This document shows positions 60,029 to 64,000 of a stretch of 64,000 nucleotides of DNA, in pieces. The notes below the pieces were generated by a model that saw only the letters and a list, made by a program, of their open reading frames with translations, made no database searches and was not told where the DNA came from. Source of the DNA: Macrostomum hystrix (lineage: Eukaryota; Animalia; Platyhelminthes); assembly GCA_950097015.1 (NCBI GenBank), contig CATNEN010000025.1, forward strand, positions 9,362,001 through 9,426,000, read 5' to 3'. The translations under genes and the position numbers were made by a program. Each line of letters begins with the position of its first letter. The first letter of the stretch is position 1.

Positions 60029-63000
60029 CCGCTGATTAGGCGGCTCGCCCTGTCTAGACACCAGCAGCCTGACCGTGGATCCAACCGGAATGGAGCGAAG
60101 CAGTGACACGACATCAGCTTGACTGCGCCCAGTCAAGCCGAAGCCGTCGACCTCCAGCAGGCGGTCGCCGGTGCGAAGTCGGCCGTCGCGAATAGCCGAA
60201 CCGCGGCCAAGGATGGTCTTGACGAAGATCGGACTGTCGTAGCTGGACCCGTCCGCTGTGGAGCTGTTGGACTCCGTCATTGTTGGAGCTGTCGACGATG
60301 CCGCGGCAATCAACGATGCATGATCTCTCGCCGCCACGGAGAACCCCAGGCCGTCGGGAGATTTCAATAAATCAACAGATAAGACGCGGCCGAGGGTGCG
60401 TACGTTCAGCGAGTTGGGAGAGACTGCAGCTGCTGTTGACAGCAGCTGCGAGGTCGGTGGAGGAGGAGGCGGAGGCAGTGGAGGAGACGGTAGCCTCTGA
60501 ATTTTCGCTGAAGCGCCTGTTGCTGCTGCTGCTGTGCCGCCTCCATTCAAATAATTCAAGCTGTAGTCGACATTGTCAGGGTCCGAAAGCCGCCTACGCG
60601 GCGGCGGTAGAGGCGGTGGAGGCGGCGACGGCGGCGGCGGCAACGGCGGCGACTGGCGACGATCCATTAGAATGGCGCGGGCCACCTCGTCGAGGGTGTT
60701 CACCGGTTGCGGGGGCGGGGGCGGAGGCAGCGGAGGCGGTGATGACAGCGGAGATGGCGGCGGAGACGGTAGACGCCTTTGACGATGAAGAAGTCTGTTG
60801 GTTCGACGAGAGAGGTCAAAAGAGAGTTTATAGCGCAAAGTAATGCTGCGATTATAAGAAAAAGTAGGAGAAAGCAAAACACACTAACTAAACTGCAGGG
60901 TTGTGTGAACTGGGGGTGAGTGGCAGAGTTGTCTAACGCGTTTGCCTCTCGCACCTAGGTTCTGAGTTCGATTCCGAGGCGAGGCCGCATTCATCTGAGG
61001 CGCAGCCACGGAGAGAAGTCTTGGGAACTTGTCGTGCAATTTACGCCCTTGAGGGCCAAACTCCTCAGTGAAGTGTACAGTGCCTGACAATGAGAAAATC
61101 AGGGTAGATGTACACACCTGTGTGAGCTTGTGCTCAGGAGTAAGCGGAATGGGCAGAATTGCCTCCTCGCTGGCTGCTGGTCTACTGTCACCAGATGATG
61201 TGCCATTGCCCACAGCCCTCCTGCAATTACTATTATCAATATTATTAGGGTTGGTAAGCTGAAGATTGGCAAATTGAGACTCACTCAGCCGCAGCTTCGA
61301 CTCCGTGTCTGAGCAAGCTGCCGTTCATCATTGGCCTGACTGGCTGCTGCTGCTGCTGCTGCTGCTGGTCAGCGCCGGTCATCATAAACGCAGGCGGCGG
61401 TGGCGGAAGTTCATCGTTGTAGCTGTCCGATTCGCATGCGCTGACGAGTCCGCCGCAGGTTGGCGGTAGCGGCGGACAGGTGTGCGCTATGAGCTGATGG
61501 AATCGGGGATGGATTTTAATAATCCCACATCGAAATAATAATACTAAATACGAGTAGAGATGCTTTTATAAGAAGAAATCTTAATTTTTTTATCGCTTAA
61601 CTCTAAAATCGACGAATCAAGAAATCGACGAATCAAGAAATCGACGAATCAAGAAATGAACGAATCAAAGAAATGGACGAATCATAGAAATCTACGAATC
61701 AAGAAATCGACGAATCAAAGAAATAGACGAATCATAGAAATAGACGAATTAAGAAATCTACGAATCAAAGAAGTTATCGAATCAAGAAATCAATAAATCA
61801 GGAAGTCGATGACTCATGAAATCGATAAACAAAAGAATTGACGAAACAAGAAAGCTGTCAAATAAATATGATGAAGGAAACTTCACCCTTCATCCTGCAA
61901 ACTTCATCCTTACTTTGTCTTGCAATTCAAAAGAAAAAAAGCACACTTCTTAACGTTAAACCTTCTTGAGACACCGTTTCAGGAATACATGTCCTTTCTC
62001 TGCCTTGAAGCAAACGACCTTTGCGCCAACCACTAGGGTGTTCAAGCGCTTTTCTTCTCAACTAAAGACTGACCAAAATTATAAAATGTGAAAAAATGTT
62101 TAGCCTTTGCCTCTGTACTTTGCTTACTGAGTATTGCTTTTGTAAGCAGCAGCAGCAGTCTTATGTAAGTCTGTCATTATCTATTTGTCTCTGATCTGTC
62201 TCTGTCTTTGCTGCTTCTTGGCTTTTTGATCTTTTAGAAAACAGCATGCGCCTTATTGGCCTTTTATATAAAAGTTAGAAAGCAAGTAAAGCCAGAAATA
62301 CTCCCAATTAACAATAAAACCTCCTAATTTAGAATATCTCCCAAGCAAAAATCTCCGATCCATAAAATACACGAAGCTAAAAAAACTCTTAGGTTTTAAA
62401 TATCCCAGGCTGGAAAATATCCCAAGCTGGAAAATATCCCAAGCTGGAAAATATCCCAAGCTAGAAAATATCCCAGGCTAGAAAATATCCCAAGCTGGAA
62501 AATATCCTAGCTGAAAAATATCCCAAGCTAGAAAATATCTCAAGCTGGAACATATCCCAAGCTGGAAAATATCCCAAGCTAGAAAAATATCCCAAGCTAG
62601 AAAATATCCCTAGCTGGAAAATATCCCTAGCTGAAAAATATCCCAAGCTAGAAAATATCTCAAGCTGGAAAATATCCCAAGGTGGAAAATATCCCAAGCT
62701 AGAATATATCTCCAGGCTTGAAAATATCCCAAGCTGGAATATCCCAAGCCAGGAAATCTCCGAATCAATAAAATCCCCATGTCCATAGACCAAAAATTGG
62801 AAATTTCCCGAAGCTATAATCTAATCAAGTTAATAGTGAAGAATAAAAGTTACAGAGCTGTGTACAGCTCTTCAGTCCGCGGACCGGGGAGGCGGCCTCA
62901 TCAAACCAATTTTCTACCCCTGAGACCTAATATAAATCTAGTATCTAGTGTGAATCTTAAGACTGTAGCTAGATAAAATCTGATAATGACTGGACCAGTT

Positions 63001-63269
63001 AGTAACCAAACATAGACCTAAGAACATACGCCAAGCCTAAACCTATAACAGAAGTTCTTTGAAATGAAGGCCAGACTTACGTGCGGCGCATAGGCAGCTA
63101 GCCAGGCCTGCTCAAGGTCATAGGAGGCGGACCGACCGCCCAGTGACGCAGAGAAGGGTGGAGATGGAGCAGCAGGTACTGTGCCACTGGGCAAGCGGGC
63201 ACAGCCGCACGAGAAGCTTCTAATTCTGCGGCGCGGCATGCTTAGGAAGGCTTTTGTCAGGCTTGTCTT
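26362..63269 (-). CDS. par-3: Partitioning-defective 3 / Bazooka polarity scaffold, 5'-partial, 9 exons in window
   Basis: Phase-consistent exons 63081..63269, 61285..61493, 59885..60794, 33705..33905, 32652..33080, 31859..32040, 30930..31123, 27918..28413, 26362..26656 (3105 nt). They encode Par-3-type PDZ2 and PDZ3, CR3 FVRNGLGRRSMSEKK and KNRGFLRGLFR. CR1 and PDZ1 are not seen and presumably lie beyond 64000. Confidence 0.9.
26750..27355. repeat. 26-bp minisatellite (gagtgacagagaaggtgacggattca)
   Basis: Direct reading; variants change in a polar gradient from left to right. Confidence 0.92.
27772..27900. repeat. 28-bp minisatellite (ttgacgtgaatggcatggcgtgaatgac), ~4 units
   Basis: Direct reading. 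It ends ~12 nt from the par-3 donor at 27912-27917. Confidence 0.85.
27918..28413 (-). CDS. par-3: par-3 exon (RRAVSTDSV, polyQ, KNRGFLRGLFR)
   Basis: TACAG acceptor at 28414-28416 and GTGAGT donor. The end resembles vertebrate Par3 KKGMLKGLGDMFRFG. Confidence 0.8.
28498..28970. repeat. Short-unit minisatellite (tgtctaaca with gg/gt variants, 9-13 bp)
   Basis: Direct reading. Confidence 0.9.
29830..30495. repeat. 20-bp polypurine minisatellite (ggggagaaaaggagaagagt)
   Basis: Direct reading. Confidence 0.93.
30930..31123 (-). CDS. par-3: par-3 exon with the aPKC-binding CR3 motif
   Basis: Hand translation NAEFGPSPFVRNGLGRRSMSEKK..., compared with mammalian FQREGFGRQSMSEKR and fly FSRDALGRRSISEK. 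Confidence 0.88.
31281..31822. repeat. CT-rich minisatellite (ctacttctcactctcctctctcctctgt)
   Basis: Direct reading. It starts ~30 nt from the donor at 31853-31858. Confidence 0.88.
31859..32040 (-). CDS. par-3: par-3 linker exon (QQQQPAFRPQ...SASVDNLLFSDRVNA)
   Basis: CAG acceptor at 32041-32043, GTGAGA donor, phases 0 and 2 consistent with neighbours. Confidence 0.75.
32652..33080 (-). CDS. par-3: par-3 PDZ3, C-terminal half
   Basis: DGRLREGDQLLSVNG...AAMSVLRRA...VRLLIARR matches the Par3 PDZ3 pattern; 143 codons, phase 0/0. Confidence 0.9.
33200..33560 (-). mobile_element. SINE family B, full-length copy
   Basis: Reverse complement of the 59405-59750 element, with A and B boxes at its 33560 end. 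Confidence 0.82.
33596..33691. repeat. 21-bp perfect minisatellite (ttaactcaagtcaagcatccg), ~4.5 units
   Basis: Direct reading. It lies 8 nt from the PDZ3 donor. Confidence 0.9.
33705..33905 (-). CDS. par-3: par-3 PDZ3, N-terminal half
   Basis: AGLGVSVK...GVFIKTVIEGGAADL; ACTCAG acceptor and GTGAGG donor; 67 codons. Confidence 0.9.
33940..34728. repeat. 16-bp minisatellite (gtcaggtcaagattga/g), ~49 units
   Basis: Direct reading; the 16-aa period in the ORF track equals 3 x 16 nt. Confidence 0.93.
35398..36300. repeat. 22-bp minisatellite (ggggtagagtgagataaggagt); shorter copy at 43547-44087
   Basis: Direct reading. Confidence 0.92.
37905..39255. repeat. 15-bp polypurine minisatellite (ggagataaaggagag); second copy at 45695-47045
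   Basis: Direct reading; both copies give identical 422-aa translations. Confidence 0.93.
40487..43203. repeat. 33-bp minisatellite (gcacagcattccacccctgccatagctacagca), copy 1
   Basis: Direct reading; occasional 30-bp deletion units. Confidence 0.95.
48277..50861. repeat. 33-bp minisatellite, copy 2 (different internal unit order and length)
   Basis: Direct reading; 928 versus 972 aa in the equivalent ORF. Confidence 0.95.
51835..53650. repeat. Compound (CT)n/(CTGT) microsatellite, ~1.8 kb
   Basis: Direct reading. Confidence 0.95.
54190..57792. repeat. 24-bp minisatellite (tgatgatgagacagactgaggcta), ~150 units
   Basis: Direct reading; 1-nt insertion at ~56651. Confidence 0.95.
58021..58760. 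repeat. Second block of the 24-bp minisatellite, flanked by duplicated ~230-bp unique sequence
   Basis: Unique 57790-58026 recurs at 58758-58994 (offset 968). Confidence 0.92.
59405..59750 (+). mobile_element. SINE family B, full-length copy
   Basis: A box TAGCAGAGCGGTTA, B box GAGCTCGATTCC; colinear with 60914-61225 and 33200-33560. Confidence 0.82.
59885..60794 (-). CDS. par-3: par-3 exon: Pro-rich linker, PDZ2 and a ~39-Gln tract
   Basis: LKSPDGLGFSVAARD...PIFVKTILGRGSAIRDGRLRTGDRLLEVDG...SQADVVSLLRS...VRLLVSRQ matches Par3 PDZ2. CAG acceptor at 60795-60797, GTAAGT donor at 59879-59884. Confidence 0.93.
60914..61225 (+). mobile_element. SINE family B, full-length copy
   Basis: A box TGGCAGAGTTGTCTA, B box GAGTTCGATTCC; body colinear with the other copies. 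Confidence 0.82.
61285..61493 (-). CDS. par-3: par-3 linker exon (LIAHTCPPLPP...DELPPPPP...EAAAE)
   Basis: CATCAG acceptor and GTGAGT donor; phases 0 and 2 match both neighbours. Confidence 0.72.
61612..61860. repeat. ~16-bp minisatellite (aagaaatcgacgaatc), decaying rightward
   Basis: Direct reading. Confidence 0.85.
62395..62760. repeat. ~17-bp minisatellite (ctggaaaatatcccaag)
   Basis: Direct reading. Confidence 0.9.
63081..63269 (-). CDS. par-3: Most upstream par-3 exon seen (KTSLTKAFLSMPRRRIRSFS...AYAPH)
   Basis: GTAAGT donor in phase 0. The acceptor TAG at 63270-63272, or a start ATG at 63239, is uncertain. Confidence 0.6.
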
Positions 63270-63709
63270 CTACTGATTAAATTTGAATCTTATGTGGACT
63301 ATTTCATAGGGCTAGTGCAGGACAATAAGGAATGTTTTTCCATTTGGAATGTTATATGCAAGCTCAACGCTTGTATAAACAGGAAAAGGTGTCATGCATA
63401 ATTCTGAAACCCAGTCGCATAATTTCTGCATAACATTTTCTAAAATAATCTAGTAGAACTTTCAAACCTGTTTTGCACAGAACCAATGGTGTTTGAATTG
63501 GTCCGAATGTGCCTACTTTAAGTAGGCGTTATTTAGAATTGCTAGAAAATATGTATTAATCTAGAAAAAATTATACTTCACTATTATAAACTGGTTATTT
63601 GATCGATCGCCACTGAATTAAAGGAATTGAATCTACAGGAAAAAGTGTTTCTTTCGTTATTTAAAATACTCGTAGATAGATTATAAATACAAGTTATACT
63701 AACCCATTT

Positions 63710-63985
63710 CGGCCAGATGTACAGCAAGTGGCACACACTAGAGACAGATTTTCAGTCCATGGACTTTCGCACCGAACCAATTTTGATCCTAACTAATGCT
63801 GATACCAAGTGTCTTGATCAAGGACACAAACTATATTCTTAGCTGGGTTATACTAAGCTACAACAACTCCCACACTGGTTGGTTGAAAATATCTGCAACT
63901 TAAGACGTTTCAATTAAATGTGACATGGCTGCGAATGCGAACCTGGGACCTTATTATACGAAAAGCCACTCAGCTAATAAAGCCC
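63710..63985 (-). mobile_element. tRNA-derived SINE, family A, degenerate copy 3
   Basis: Shares CAGTCCATGGAC, AGCTGGGT and GTGTCTTGxTxAAGGACAC with copies 1 and 2. Confidence 0.6.
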
Positions 63986-64000
63986 AATGCTAACATGAAA

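Overview
This window is repeat-rich animal (metazoan) genomic DNA with spliceosomal GT-AG introns. It is not prokaryotic. The GC-rich exons, polyQ tracts and dense intronic minisatellites resemble a free-living flatworm such as Macrostomum, but that is a guess. From left to right it contains: (1) the 5' part of an intact-looking Ty3/Gypsy LTR retrotransposon on the minus strand, with LTR, tRNA-Leu PBS, gag and a -1 frameshift signal into pol; (2) a LINE 3' relic; (3) a 7-exon secreted, probably GPI-anchored CUB-domain gene (+); (4) a ceramide kinase/CERKL-like gene (-), probably extended by two distal exons ending in a Cip/Kip-like KWNLDF motif, with an intronless antisense ORF between; (5) a small orphan gene (+); (6) most of a par-3/bazooka gene (-) with PDZ2, PDZ3 and the aPKC-binding CR3 motif. 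The 26-kb par-3 intron holds a recent ~7.8-kb tandem duplication and many VNTRs. Two tRNA-derived SINE families are also present. Almost all very long ORFs in the supplied track are translations of minisatellites. Exon models were built by hand from splice signals and phase consistency and are unverified by transcript data.
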